The position numbers were made by a program, and so were the translations under genes. A DNA stretch of 47,811 nucleotides from Octopus bimaculoides (taxonomy: Eukaryota): positions 79,533,807-79,581,617 of the forward strand of contig NC_068988.1 in the NCBI RefSeq assembly GCF_001194135.2. Direction: 5' to 3'. Each line of letters begins with the position of its first letter. Position 1 is the first letter of the stretch. A model generated the notes under the pieces. That model did not search any database. It saw nothing but the letters and a program-made list of their open reading frames with translations, and was not told the origin of the DNA. Positions 47,010 through 47,811 of this stretch are shown here, piece by piece.

Positions 47010-47566
47010 AGTGAGAGAGCAGTGCATGCCATCAAAGTGACCCTGGGATAGAATATACGAAGCCCAGTACATCCATCATGACTACCCGTCTGATAAGGAT
47101 ACACCAGGCACATGCGTCACAACCATATGTGCGTGACATGGTGATCTCATATCAAGATAATCAGCGCGTGACCTCGCAGGTGGGGCCCAGTTAGAATTTT
47201 GTTCAGGTCGAATAGCCTATCCCGTTCAAAAGGTCCCTGAATCAGGGTTGTTTAAGGACGTTGAACAAAAACACCTATGTTTCCAGAGGTGAATTATCCA
47301 AACCCCAAGAAATTCCTCTCAACACATGGCTATGATGCTCCCCCACTACTTCTGCTCGTGATCAGAGATGCACATATCGTCAGCTATTGAGAGACATGCT
47401 CAACTGGTTTTGGTCAAACAACACACAAGCAAAGCTGTGGTATTGAGCAGAATATTTGCTGTATCCCATCTTTTCTACCAAAACAAAACAATGTACATCA
47501 TAACACTTCCCAATCAGTTAAGATCAAAAGGTAAGAGAGCCACTGCTTGGTACTGCATCAGGGAAA
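47010..47566 (-). mobile_element. Unclassified 0.55-kb probable retroelement-derived sequence embedded in (ATT)n
   Basis: Sharp boundaries with (ATT)n on both flanks, higher GC than surroundings, no recognisable ORF. Confidence 0.45.
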
Positions 47567-47639
47567 TTATTATTGTTGTTGTTGTTGTTATTATTTTTAT
47601 TTTTATTATTACTATTATTATTGTTGTTGCGGCTGCTGC

Positions 47640-47679
<40 letters not shown>

Positions 47680-47680
47680 T

Positions 47681-47732
<52 letters not shown>

Positions 47733-47745
47733 CAATAATATTATT

Positions 47746-47811
<66 letters not shown>
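47567..47811. repeat. (ATT)n/(GTT)n/(ATC)n microsatellite
   Basis: Direct reading. Confidence 0.95.

Overview
Eukaryotic, AT-rich, repeat-dominated window with 12 N-gaps, most of them flanked by (TA)n. The SINE/LINE/microsatellite content looks like an octopus (coleoid cephalopod) short-read assembly; that assignment is inference. No complete host gene, rRNA, tRNA gene or CRISPR array can be supported. Most of the window is decayed mobile DNA: four pieces of Tx1-like (L1 clade) LINEs, two RTE families, four CR1-like LINE pieces, two Penelope-like (GIY-YIG) fragments, a mariner, a Tc1, a hAT MITE, a probable Helitron remnant and many tRNA-derived SINEs. Signals most worth following: (1) a near-complete type I hammerhead ribozyme at 10541-10621 behind a Penelope fragment; (2) two related Tx1 subfamilies that sit in different microsatellites, (GATA/GACA)n versus (AAT)n; (3) a SINE 3' tail shared with the CR1-like LINE, with different stem sequences preserving the same hairpin; (4) a perfect RFX X-box next to ETS/YY1-like motifs at about 26.55-26.66 kb; (5) a 32-bp inverted repeat whose single mismatch gives an ADAR-preferred UAG/A:C site on the minus strand; (6) a pri-miRNA-shaped hairpin at 36391-36471. 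Element boundaries are by-eye estimates, roughly +/-20 bp, unless exact motifs are quoted.
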